DNA from: Dipteris shenzhenensis
Lineage: Eukaryota
Direction: 5' to 3' (one strand)
Assembly: GCA_047967505.1 (NCBI GenBank)
Contig: CM106538.1
Length of the DNA stretch: 64,000 bases
Position 1 is the first letter of the stretch. Each line of letters opens with the position of its first letter. Both the position numbers and the translations under genes were made by a program. The notes beneath the pieces were generated by a model. That model ran no database searches, was not told where the DNA came from, and saw only the letters and a list, made by a program, of their open reading frames with translations. Below, piece by piece: positions 38,891 through 51,347 of the stretch.

Positions 38891-39032
38891 TTTGGTTTCT
38901 AGGATCGACGGAATCTTCTCAAGATGCCGATGGAATCTCAGGATTCCGTCCTTCGTCGTCTCTCTCGTTTAGTTGCAGAAGCTAAAGGCGAGCGGAAATA
39001 CTGAAAAGATCTTTCAAGTCAACACAGTTCTG

Positions 39033-39098
39033 ATGAAGACCTGGCCTGAGTTGGTAGGATTGTCAGGTGAGGAAGCCAAAGCGATGATCTTGGCAGAA
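39033..39098 (+). pseudogene. Captured fragment of a potato inhibitor I family serine protease inhibitor
   Basis: [22 protein letters not shown] matches the family's WPELVG...EEAK..I signature. Confidence 0.75.
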
Positions 39099-39163
39099 GC
39101 TTGGAGGTCCGTCGCTGTCCGTGGGAATCGGCCAATCGTTCGAGGAGATTCCTCTGCTCAGCT

Positions 39164-39512
39164 ATGGTGCACGTTAGCTTCTATCGCAATTATGGAAAAA
39201 ACATTTAAAAAACCGCGCAGGCCGTATGAGAAAGAGCGTCTGGACGCAGAGCTGAAGCTAGTCGGAGAGTACGGTCTCCGAAATAAGCGCGAACTGTGGA
39301 GAGTGCAATATGTGCTTAGTCGTATGCGTAACAATGCTCGCATGACCCTTACTCTTGATGAGAAGAGCCCACGGCGTATTTTTGAAGGCGAGGCCTTACT
39401 TCGATGGATGTTCAGGTACGGTCTCCTCGAGGAAAGTCAAAACAAGCTCGATTACGTCCTCGCTTTGACGGTCGAGAACTTCTTGGAGCGTCGTCTACAG
39501 ACCTTAGTATAT
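39164..39512 (+). pseudogene. RPS9: Captured 5' portion of 40S ribosomal protein S9 (uS4) coding sequence
   Basis: ATG 39164 [12 protein letters not shown], one extra A in an A-run, then [37 protein letters not shown]...[17 protein letters not shown]; no intron. Confidence 0.95.
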
Positions 39513-40344
39513 TCGTTGAGGCTTTTCTGTCGTCGAGGCGTTGTGTGGCCAGAGAGCTTAGGCTTCTCGTTGAATAGTGCAGTTCATTGGAGCATGCACG
39601 CTGCCTTGCTTTGGAGAAGCTTCACTGAGAGCGTGGCTCGGCGGGCCAAGCTCGTTGGCGCGTTAGCTATGAAGCTTGGGAGAAGGTCATTTGGAGAGCC
39701 TCATCCATGGCACAGCTTGGTGGCAGTCCGTAAAGGTCGCTGCAGCTGGTAGAGCACTTGGGGACCTTGGAGCGTGTTGGAGATGACAGAGTCGTGCTTG
39801 CTGAGCGTGAAGAAGAGATTCTCTCAAGAAAACCTTACAGAAACTTAGAGGCTCAGAAATGAACCTTTCTCTCTCACAAAACCTTACAAGATCTCTCAAA
39901 AGACTAAGATCTAGATCTCTCTTTCGAAATCTCTCAATCTCTCATGGACGGAATTCTCACATGAATAGAATGGAAGTGAAGGGAAGGATCTCACAATCAC
40001 TCAAGAGAACTCTCAATCTCACAATCTCTCTCGCACTCTCAAGAATCTCAATGTCTCAGCGGAAGACAAGGGAGCTCTGATACCATGACAAAATATGAAG
40101 AGGGGAGAGGAGAAGAGTGGAGATGAGGAGAGAGAGCACAGCTAGAGAGAACACCACAAATGACTAAATGTACACTAGAATTAGTTGAAAAAATAGAATA
40201 TATACAAACCCTTTTTTAGGGTTAGGGTTAGGGGATCTAACCCTTTCCTTTATAGCACTCTATAAGGTTAGTGCTATGCACATATGATCACGTGATGGTG
40301 CTATGCACACATGATCACATGATGTTGAGCATGAACTCTCAACA

Positions 40345-41465
40345 TGTTCCAATGGCATTTCAGTCCCTTGTGTACAATAGTCATACTGCTGATCTAGCAC
40401 TAGCTCTCCTTGGGGCTCATCGACTGGCATGGCATCGATGGGCGGTTCGAGTGCTGATGTGGTCTCAAGCTCTAGTGCTGATCGTTCCTCAGGTTCGGGT
40501 GCCAACCTTGTCTCGAGCTTGGGTTGGTGCTGTTGGTGGAGACTTAGTGGTTGCAGTTGTGCACCGAGCTGTAGCATTTCCTGGGACTATTCCGCAATCC
40601 TGCTTTCCAGAATAGGTACTTCTGTTAAGGCATCTGTACTTATCAATGTGATAGCTGGAGCAGTTGATGACGGCTCCCATACTGGTGAGAAGGGTATGTC
40701 CAACTCCTCAATTGGCTTTGGAGACTGGGGCAGAGTCATTTCTCTTTCTTGTAGTTCTTTTTTGATGATTATAGCCAATAAGTGCGGAATTTTACATTTC
40801 TGGCCTGAAGAACCATCGAGTTTTTTGGTAAAGAAAATGACGAAGTGTTGGACCCAGTCTTGTTTTAGCTTCCTACTCAGCAAAACAAATGTGCAGAGTG
40901 GAAGGGAGCATTCCTTGCCGTTCTTTATTCCCAGGATTGTGGATAGAAATTGTGCTGCTTCCTTGAGGCGAGGGTCAAGAATTGTGCGAAGCAATATGCC
41001 ATCTCTATGGATCAGGGTACCCTTGGTGAGGAGAGACTGTACTTCGATAAACTTTGCATCAGTAGACCATTTAGGGTATTGGCCACCTTGTTTTGGCAGT
41101 GAGAAAGCCCTTTGAATGACCGTATTGTCGAGGATAATGTTCAGTGGGCTCTGCTGTACAGTGATTGTACCGTACTTGCCATCCGTTGCATTGCTGGAAT
41201 AGTAAGAGTGGAGAAAGTCCTTGATGTAGGTGGTCATGATAGGACTGTCCTCCAAGGATTTGAGGCTCTCATGCAAATTGCCTAGACCCCGTTGCTCTAA
41301 GTAAGATGTTGCTTCCTGGGAAAGAGCATAAGTTGATGTGGGTGGCCAGACAAGTTCCAATGATTGGGCCTTGTTAACGGTTGTGTAGGCCGGCTGTGAC
41401 TGGGGTGGCATTTGTTCTGCTTGGTCATGCACTGAATCTTCTTCGGAGCTATCGCTTTGGACCAC
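40345..41465 (-). pseudogene. Extra ORF downstream of gypsy pol (unknown function), interrupted by copia D
   Basis: 292-aa ORF 40587..41465 plus 40345-40577, on the same strand as and 3' of the integrase. Confidence 0.55.
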
Positions 41466-41952
41466 GAATGCTTGTGGTCTCCGTGGTTGAGAGGATGTAG
41501 ATGGCTGCGAACTCTAGAGGGGGTCCCGTGGTTGAGGCGGTGGGCTCTTTTTGCACATCCTCTTTAGTGGCAGCATCTTTTCTGAACCTGCATCCATGTA
41601 CATGTAGTGTACCATTGATCATCAAATTGATTGGCATGCCTGTATGACCTTTCTGTGTGTGTGTGGGAGAGAGATCTTTTTTTTTTTTTTTTGGTTATAC
41701 ATCCTTTGAGAGTGTGGAATAAAAGTGTGTGGTACAATTATTCATGCAATCATCTATGTGTCTAAGTGAAAGCGTGTGAGTGCACGTGACCTAGTAGCTA
41801 AGTAGGGACTAACTATATGCTTTTTTTGCTAGGATTTTCATAGGGCAGCTAGAACTCATCATCACTTCTGAGCTCTAGGTAAAATCGATTGATGCTACCT
41901 ATATGTGCGAAGACGTACATATGCAAGTGAGTGCTCGTGATACAATCTAATC

Positions 41953-43455
41953 CTAACTAAGGAAGACTTGGTTTCCCAAATCTTCGTTTTTGTCGGGGAT
42001 GGCTCGCGTGTTGATGTAGTAGCGCTTCAGTCGGCTCCCCTTTATTGTTGTGTTGAATTGGACTCCATCTAGTGTTTCAAGTAGCACAGCTCCGATGGGA
42101 TTCATCTTTCGTACTCGGTAGGGTCCTTGACCTAGATACTTCAGTTTTCCCTTGTGTACTTTGGCATTGTATAATAGGACTAAGTCGCCTTCCTTGATGT
42201 CTTTAGCTTTCAGATTCCTGTCAAACCATGCCTTTCTTCGACGTTTTTCTGTTGTCATGGCATGATAAGCGACTAGTCTTGTCTCTGTATGCTTTTCCAA
42301 CTGACAGAGCCTTTCTTTCAAGGACTCATGATCACCCATGCGTTCCTGTACACTGCGATGCGTAGACTTGGTATTACAAATTCGAGTGGGACCACGGCTT
42401 CAAGGCCGTACACCAATTGAAAAGGTGTGTTCCCTGTACTAACCTTGAATGTGGTTCTGTATGCCCATAAGGCTGCATTCAGTTTCTCTGCCCAATCAGA
42501 ACACTGTGGTTCTACTACCTTGGTGAGGATATTGCATATGATTTTGTTTGTGGATTCTGCTAGTCCATTCCCTTGGGGGTAGTAGGGTGTGCTTTTTCTA
42601 TGGATGACCATGAAGCCAGACAAGAGTTCTTGGATTACCTCATTGACAAAATGTGTGCCTCTATCCGACACAATTTCAAGGGGGCATCCGAATCGGGTGA
42701 TCACATGTTCGTATAAGAATCTTGCTATGCTTTTGGCATCTGCCTTTCTGACTGCTTTAGCTTTAGCCCATTTTGTAAAGTAATCAGTGGCCACAATGAT
42801 GTAGCATGCCTGTGTTCCTTTTGCTGCTGGATGTATGGGACCCACATAGTAAATCCCCCATTTTTCAAATGCTTGTTGTGCAACAACTGTTGTTAGGGGA
42901 TTGAAGTCTTTGTGTTGTGGTTTAATAGTCCGTTGGCATACATCACAACCTTTTACATATTCATAGGCATCTGCCCACAGTGTTGGCCACCAATAGCCTG
43001 CGAGGAGAACTTTTCTTGCTGTGGCTTCCCCTTGGAAGTGTCCTCCTGCAATCCCTTCATGGACTTCACTCAAGATTGGTAGGATCACATGAGGCATTAC
43101 ACATCTTCTTAATATCTGGTCCTTGCCCATCTTGTACAGTTGTCCTGCAATGAGTTGATAGGGTGCAGCTTTTAGAATCAATTTTCTGGCATCTACTACT
43201 TTCATGTCAGGGGGTGGTCTTCCTGCCATCAAGTACCCAATGATATCTCCACACCATTCTAGAACAGCATCTATTTGAAATAGTGTGGCATCTGGTAAGT
43301 CGTCTTCTACTCCAGTGGCTTCTTCTCCTGTCTTGACTCGAGACATGTGATCGGCAATGTAGTGTTGGGCACCTTTGCGGACCACGATTTTGAAGTTGAA
43401 TTCTTGCAACAAGAGGAGCCATCTGGTTATTCTTCCTGTGGTACATGGACGGTTA
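41953..43455 (-). pseudogene. Ty3/gypsy RNase H end plus integrase
   Basis: GRITRWLLLLQEF, HHCC zinc finger (HEGIAGGH...CDVCQ), DDE region (WGIYYVGP with D>Y, SDRGTHF, NGLAESTN) and GPY motif; RNase H-integrase order indicates gypsy. Confidence 0.92.
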
Positions 43456-43457
43456 TA

Positions 43458-44415
43458 TGTGTAGCTTAGGACCTCGAGTCGTGTTCCGGTGCGAGACGTA
43501 GGCTTAAGTGTGGTAAGCAAACAAAGTGCAAGCATGTGTAAAAGGCACATAAACCATCTTTGTTGAGGTAATGAAGGCTTTCGCCTTCATTGGGAGTTGT
43601 AGGGTTTAGGAGGAGTTTAAGGGTTCAGAAGGAGGTTCCAGGGTTCAGAAGGAGGTTCCAGGTTTTAGAAAGAGTTCCAAGGTTTAGAAGGAGGTTCCAG
43701 GGTTTAGAAAGAGTTCCAGGGTTTAGAAGGAGGTTCCAAGGTTTAGAAGGAGTCCAGGGTTAGAAGGAGGATCCAAGGTTCAGAGTAGAGTACATGGTGG
43801 AGAACTCGTCTCCCTCGTAGATCATGGAGTTTAAGGGTTTAGGAAAGCATAGGAGTGGGAGAGGAAGAAGGTGTAAGAGCATGGGTGAAAGAAGTGAGAG
43901 GAGGAAGGAGGAGGAGGGAAGAGGAGGATGGAGGGGGAGGAGGGAGGAGGAGGAGAAGGAGGAAGGAGGAGGAGAGAGGAGGAGAGAGAGAGGGTGGGTT
44001 GCAGGGTTGGAGGAGAGGGGAGAAGGGTTGCAAGGTTAGGACATGCTTTTGGACGTGCAGTGCAAGGAAGCATGGACACTTGAGACAAATGCTTGGAATA
44101 CCAAAGTAGACTCAACACAATGCCCCAAAGAGTGTGGGCTTCATTCCATTATGGGGTATTTATACAAGTTGGAGAGCTTCTCTCTTTGCATGTAACACAA
44201 AGTCGTATCACAAAGTTGTAACACATTCTCTCTCTACATGTAGAAGTTGTAACACAAATTTGTAACACAAAGTTGTTACACAAAGTTGTTACACAAAGTT
44301 GTAACACAAAGTTGTGTCACAAAGTCGTAACACATTCTCTCTCTTCATGTAGAAGTTGTAACACAAACTTGTAACACAAAGTCGTAACACAAAGTTGTGT
44401 CTAGAAGTTGTAACA
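43458..44415 (-). mobile_element. Orphan LTR fragment (family X, copy 2)
   Basis: Homologous to 15260-15888. Contains ~20-bp GGGTTTAGAAGGAGGTTCCA repeats (43600-43785), a (CCT)n tract, a TATA box and a 13-bp array (GTTGTAACACAAA)n at 44190-44415. Confidence 0.6.
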
Positions 44416-46423
44416 TAGCCCACATGCAGCCATTGCTGCACCCCTGTACTCAGCCTCTGTGCTCGACAAGGCAACTGTAGGCTCTTTCTTGCTGCTCGAA
44501 GTGACTGCAGCACTCCCAAAGGAGAACATATATTTGTTGAGATATCGAGCTTCACTCGTGATATGCCAGGGTGACCGTTGTGCATTTATGTCACCGACTT
44601 GTTAGCTACAGATGCGGTTGGTACACCGCCCATAAATAATAGCTGGATGACAGCTATCCTTATGTACTCTAGTTTGTGGCTTAGTTAGTATGCCACCTTA
44701 GTTAGCTGAGTTTAATTTGAGACCCACATATAGGGTTCTTCTATTTCTTTGTACGAGAGTTCTTTTGGCTTTCACAACTAAGAAGAGGAAAACTGTTTTC
44801 AGCCTCCACCTTTGTGTGTATTCCCCCATTGTGTATGTGAGAAAGCCGCAAGTGAGACTCCTTCCCTCTCTCCCACTATCTTCACATGGTATCAAAGCCT
44901 GGTTCATTGGTAAGGAGCTCAAGAAAGCAAACCAAGTTCGTGGTGTCCTGGTAAGAGGACCAGTGTTGCTTTCCTTTTTCGAGTTTGGGAGCAAATCTCT
45001 ACAGGTAGCACAGCCGGAAAGTGCAAGAGTGCATTGTCTCAGATTGAGACGCCCTTCGCAGTGTGGCGAGAGGGCAGTATATGCTGTGGGAGTCTGCAAA
45101 GCCCTTGGTGACTTTATTTTTTTGATTCGAGGCCATTTCGGGGCCCGTTTTGGAGGCGGAAGTTCTCCGCAAGCACTGAGAAAAAGGCCATGTTTTTGCT
45201 GTGCGACCACTACTCTATAGGTCGTTGAAAAGTTGCCACAGAAATTGCATCGTATGCCTATGCGCAGAGATATTGGGAGTTGCAGAATCATCCTTATTGC
45301 CTGTTGATGCAAAATCATCACTAGGAAGTGACTGTGTGGTCAAATACCACTTTCGTCAGTTTTGCAAATTTGCCCTTGTGAGGCAGAAGCTGTGTTTTTT
45401 GCAGTGACAGAATATTTTACAGTGTTCTGTAATGGCATCTGATTCTCTTTCACATATTGTCACTGAAAAGCTTCACAAGAACAACTTCCAAGCATGGAAG
45501 TTTAGAATGACGAATTTCCTTATGGGAAAAGGCTATTGGGAGTTCATTACAGGAAATGAAGAAGAACCAGTTCTTCCTAATGTTCCCAATCAACAAGAAA
45601 TGCAAGCATTTAAAGGATGGCATGAGAGAGCCAAAAAAGTTATGTACTGGCTCTCTATCAATATTTCAGATTCTATGATTATGCATATTCAGGATGCAAG
45701 TATGCCAAAGGAGGCATGGGATACTTTGGCAAAAATGTACAACACAAATACACAAGCCAGGAAAATGCAGCTCAAGCAGGAGTTGCATAATGTGCAGAGA
45801 GAAAATATGAGCATCAATGACTACCACATGAAGGTGAAGAAAATTGCAGATGCACTTGCTTCCATTGGGTTGCCAGTGGAAGATGATGATTTAGTTTCTG
45901 TGACCTTGAATGGTCTAGGAAAGGATTATGCATAGTTCCGGACATCCATTGCCGTCCATGAAAAATTTCCTAATTTTGAGGAGTTGTTTGCTCTTCTAAT
46001 TTCTGAAGAGCAGAGAAATGGTGGTGCATCTTCTTCAGGAGGAATTTCAAAAGAAACTATCTTCTACTCAAATACTGCAAGAGGTAGAGGCAGAGGTAGA
46101 GCAGGCCGATCTGGACGCCATGGTAGAAATCAGAATATGCAGCAAACTCAAGAAAACCAATCCTATGTCCACTAATATTTTGTGATTGCTATTGTGAATT
46201 TTGTGTAGCATTACCATTTTGTGCATCTACATCATCAATCACATTTACTGGTCTATACGAGCTGCTCATCTCATAAAAAACAACATCTCTGCTCACTGTA
46301 AACTTACGAGTAGAAGGGTTATAGCATCTATACCCTTTCTGCTATAGAGAGTAACCAATAAAGATGCACTTATAAGCTTTTGGATCCAACTTGGACCTCA
46401 ACTCATCTGGCACATGAACGTAG
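44416..46423 (+). mobile_element. Copia A composite: minus RNase H piece (44416-44534), plus-strand copy A3 (LTR 44535-44886, gag 45432-46167), minus integrase piece (46168-46423)
   Basis: Direct homology to 16544-18285 and to the reverse complement of ~19690-19940. Confidence 0.9.
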
Positions 46424-49400
46424 TGTAAAGAATGAGGGAGAGAGATAGGAGACTCAAGTTCAGCTTTCTTCACAACACACAAAAGAGAGAGGACACAAGG
46501 TTGGAGGGTGAAGCCTTTCTTCACTTTTGCACACAACAACGATACAATAGAAGAGGGAAATACCCTACATGTCAAAACCTACAATACGTGGTTCATATGT
46601 GAACCCAAACCAAAAACATACGTGGTAGTCTAACTACACCACGAGTACAACTAACATAGGCGGTGACATAAATGATAGTCATCCAGGAGATATATCGGGG
46701 GTAGAGCTTGATATCTCAACACTCCCCCTCAAGCTCAAATCCATCTCACGTACACCAAGCAAGCTCCTAAATCTGCGAAGCTTCTCGGTACCCAATGCCT
46801 TCGTAAAAATATCAGCCACCTGCTCCTCAGTGCTGACATAGACAAGATCAATCTCACCAGCTAGAACCTTCTCTCTCACAAAGTGATAATGCACCTCAAT
46901 GTGCTTCGTTCTAGCATGATAAACTGGGTTATTAGCAAGCATGATGCTGCTAATGTTGTCACAATGAATGACAACTGCTGCATGAACTGACTGTCCCATA
47001 TCTCCAAGTAGCTTCCGTAACCAAGCTACCTCACATGCAGCCATTGCTGCACCCCTGTACTCAGCCTCTGTGCTCGACAAGGCAACTGTTGGCTGCTTCT
47101 TGCTGCTCCAACTGATGGCACCACTCCCAAGGGAAAACATAAAACCACTAGTAGATCTCCTGTCTGAGACACTACCAGCCCAGTCAGCATCTGTGTATCC
47201 ATGTACCTGTAATGCACACCCAGCTTCATAAAACAGTCCATAATGCAATGTGGACTTCACATACCGCAGTATGCGCCTAGCCGCATCCAAATGTGGCTTC
47301 CTCGGTGCCTGCATAAACTGACTCACCAGCCCCACAGCATAGCTCAAATCTGGTCTGGTTATAGTCATGTAAATCAAGCTACCTACTATGCGCCTGTACA
47401 TAGTAATATCTTCAAGAAGCTCACCTGACTCTGCATTGAGCTTCACATTCTGCTCCAATGGAACAGAGATAGGCTTACAGCCTGTCATCCCATATTTGGA
47501 CAGCATGTCCAAACCGTATTGCCTTTGCAACAGCCATATCAATTACTGCTCTCACGGTTGCCATCCTTGCAACTGGGCTGAAAGTTTCCTCATAGTCAAT
47601 TCCATATGTCTGTGCAAAACCTTTGGCAACCAATCTTGCCTTGTACCTGCTAACAGACCCATCAGCATTGTGCTTTACTTTGTACACCCACTTGCAGCCA
47701 ATAGCCTTCTTATCATGAGGCAAAGGCATCAAATCCCAAGTGTGGTTTGCATCCAAGGCAGCCATCTCTTCATCCATAGCTGCTTCCCAATTTTTATGCC
47801 CTGCTGCATCCTCAAAACATGTGGGCTCTGGCTCCTCTAGAACCTTGACCATATAAGCATAGTGATGTGCTGTATACCCATCATATCTCAGCCTGTCAAC
47901 TGGATACTTAATACGAGTGGACCTCCGTACAACTGGATCAGTTGCAGGCGTCTTTAAATCATGCCTGCTTTTCCTTGCACCAGGTGTAACAACAGAAGGA
48001 ATCCCAAGTTCCTCATCAAGGCTCATTTCAGAGCCGCTTGACTCTCCATCAACATGAGAACTACCAGCAGACACATCAAATACTGGAGCATGGTCCACTT
48101 TTTCTTTTCCCTTATGTGATACCTGCACAACACTATCAGGACTCCCATGTGACGATTCACTAGATCTCAATCTCCCTGTCCATGCATTAGATCCACTAGT
48201 AGAGGACTCTCTGGGTCCACTCAAGGCTTGAGATTGCTGCTCTGCATTTATTGCAGCATTCCCATTTCCTGCATCTGCATCTCCTACCATAACAGTTGGT
48301 GCATACCAGCTGCTCATTTCATCAAAAACAACATCTCTGCTCACTTGCATTTTGCGGGTGGAAGGGTTATAACAGCGATACCCTTTCTGGTGCTGAGCAT
48401 ATCCAATAAAGATGCATTTTTCTGCCTTTGGATCCAGCTTTGTTCTCTTCTCATCAGGAACATGAACATAAGCTATGCAACCAAATACCTTCAAGTGAGA
48501 AATATCTGGTTTTTGGCCTGTATACATTTCTTCAGGCGTCATGCCATGGACAGCTGCAGTGGGGGTTCTGTTCATAATATAAACAGCAGTTGCTACTGCT
48601 TCAGCCCAAAAATAATCAGGCATGTTTTTCTCATTTAGGATCGCCCGTCCTACTTCTGCAATATGCCTGTTCTTCCTTTCTGCAACCCCATTCTGCTGAG
48701 GGGTAGACCTGCATGAGTACTTCCTTTGAATTCCCTGTTCTTTCAGATATTCACAAAATTCTTCTGAAAAGTACTCTCCCCCTCCATTGTTGGAATACTG
48801 AAAGGAAAGAGTAGAGTGGACACAAAATCAGAATACTTTCATATAGAATGAAGAAGAAAGAGGTCCTTAAGTAGGCACCTCATACAAGGTCACTGACATC
48901 ACTGATGACCTCAAAGCTCCACAATCATCTCCTCAATCTACTCCTAGATTCACTCAATCATCCTATGTGGCTTTTCCACCACCTAACTGTGCTTGTGGGC
49001 ACCTAACTGTGCCTCTAGCACTCACACATAGAAACATAAGGTGTGCCTGAGGCATACACCTTGAGATATCCCAACAAACCCCCCCTCAAGGAGATGCCTC
49101 AGGCTATGTCAAGGATACATCTAGTCTCATAGTTTCTCATGCCATCTCATGGTGGTCAAGGATAAATCTATGGCTAGGTTCTCATGCTAGCAAGGGTTTC
49201 CTTGGGTGTAAGGTAAACAGAAAGGGATACAAACAGACCTTCCGATGGTTATCTCTCCTACATGTACATGCACACAATGTCTGTAGGAGGTACCATGGAA
49301 CAAACATACACATGGCCTACATCATAAGGTGACCAGAGGTGTTCACAAAACACAACACACAATAATTTATTTTCATTCATTTTGGAGGACTATCCAGGCT

Positions 49401-51143
49401 GAGTACCTTGACATAAAAAGAGTGATCTGGAGCATACATAGAGATAATTTAAAATGCATAATCTTCAAAGGATGCCTCATCTTGTGGAGGCTCATCAACT
49501 GAAAGTAGATTTGCATTTTCTGTCTTTGAAGTTGCTTCCTTTTTGGCAACCATTGTTTTGGCAATCTTCAACAAGGAAGTCAGATTGGCATTTTCATCCT
49601 TTGTAGCATAACAAGACATTGCTTTATGTTTTGGCTTTTCACATATTTTGCATAAGCAAGCCATGAGAGGGTCTAACCCAGATATTGGGCAATGTCTTCT
49701 CTCTTACAGGGCTTAGAATAACAATTGAAATGCTTCAAAATATAAGCATTTAATGTAGCAAAGTCTTGTGACCAAATTTCAAACAATGATGCTTCTTCTT
49801 ACATGCTTCATAGAAGTGGGTGAAATAAACACTTTCCAATCAAAACCAGGTCTAGCAAGTCAAAACAAAACTGAAGCAACACTTGTAGTGAAGTTATTGA
49901 AAACTTCAAAAGACCAGAAATGCTAGAGTAGCATTTTATGTAGCATCATCTTCAAAACTTGTCCAAAACTGTCAAAAATGAAAAGCTGAACTTGGAGGGC
50001 TTGTAGCTCACTCTTCAAAGCAAAGAAAAGAGGGCTTTCTGAAGCAAAAGAAAGCTCATATACCAGAGAAGGTCCAGCACAGAGGTTGGACGAAATGGTG
50101 CGCACTTTTGCCCGGGAGAGTTGCTACAGGCTGAAACTGAGTTTTGACGATTTCTCCCTTGTTACTGAACCAAATGACTTGAAAAATGGCTCAAAATCTT
50201 CGTCTTGAGGTCGCCCATCTACTCCTAAGAGGGCTCAGGCAATGGCGGAGCAGGCAGGGAGTATTGAGCAACAGAAGAAATTCACTATTTGGAGAATGGC
50301 AGCCACCACAGACGTTTTTTCTTCAATTGCTTGTAGGTGGAAGTTCGCCCATACTAGAGGAGTTTCCAGCTCAGAGGGTTTGGGCAATGGTCGTTTGTAG
50401 ATGGAGAACCAAGCTCTCAAAGATTTTGGGAAGAAAGAGGAAAATGGAGAAGAAGAAGATGAAGAAGAAGATGATGATGTGGCAGAAATGGGCTCAAGGG
50501 GGATCAAATGGCTCTGATACCATGTTGGAATACTGAAAGGAAAGAGTAGAGTGGACACAAAATCAGAATACTTTCATATAGAATGAAGAAGAAAGAGGTC
50601 CTTAAGTAGGCACCTCATACAAGGTCACTGACATCACTGATGACCTCAAAGCTCCACAATCATCTCCTCAATCTACTCCTAGATTCACTCAATCATCCTA
50701 TGTGGCTTTTCCACCACCTAACTGTGCTTGTGGGCACCTAACTGTGCCTCTAGCACTCACACATAGAAACATAAGGTGTGCCTGAGGCATACACCTTGAG
50801 ATATCCCAACATCCATCAGATCTTAGCACTTTAATATGCACACCTTTCTCTTTTTCAACCATGGCCTTAAAAGCCTTGAAATGGCTGAACACTTCACTTT
50901 TGTGCTTCATAAAATAAATCCACACCTTCCTTGTGTAGTCATCAATAAACGTCACATAATAATGGCATCCACCAATAGAAGCAGCTTTGGTTGTCCAAAC
51001 ATCTGAATGGATCACTTCCAAAGGTCTTCTGCTCACCTTAGCATTTTTAGGAAATGCATGTCTGGCCTGCTTACCCATTTGGCATGCTTCACATACCTTT
51101 TGCATTCCCTCAACTCTGAATTTAGGCAAACCTGCAACAATGT
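46424..51143 (-). mobile_element. Ty1/copia family B (related to A); 3' LTR 46424-46721; 5'-truncated; RT core deleted
   Basis: Integrase 50812-51143 and 48787-47550, RNase H 46679..47542. ATVRAVI joins directly to IWLLQRQYG at ~47540, so the YVDD region is missing. Confidence 0.92.
48788..50811 (-). mobile_element. Non-autonomous LTR retroelement (2024 bp) with decayed gag and no pol
   Basis: 289-bp LTRs at 48788-49076 and 50523-50811 appear identical; PBS 50511-50522; PPT 49077-49088; TSD TCCAT; zinc knuckle CKICEKPKHKAMSC at ~49615-49655. Confidence 0.95.
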
Positions 51144-51347
51144 TAGAGGGGACCTTGTTGCTGAGGTTAAGGACTCTGCCATCGAATCTTCTTGGGAAGA
51201 GATTTGACGGGGGGTCTCGTTGTTGAGGCTGGAATTTTTTGCTATCTTGCATACATGTTGGATGCGATTGCACCTGTATCATTGAGCTTGTAGATAAGTT
51301 TGTATGCAAGTCTGATATTTTTGCATAAAGACCGTATTAGATAATTT

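Larger units (their letters stand above)
33881..40344 (-). mobile_element. Ty1/copia family D (5' LTR 40086-40344; 3'-truncated in RNase H)
   Basis: LTR TGTTGAGAG...TGTCA, PBS 40074-40085, ~2.4-kb leader, then gag-pol from ATG 37712 with CNYCHKFGHYERDC, WYIDSGAS, RSDRGGEY and LYVDDL; ends at DHETRRST. Confidence 0.93.

Noticed and set aside
38973-39752. Functional host RPS9 gene
   Set aside because: Truncated at about codon 116, frameshifted after codon 12 and embedded in a copia leader.
40213-40234. (TTAGGG)3 as an interstitial telomere
   Set aside because: Very short and inside the copia D LTR; at most a telo-box-like motif.
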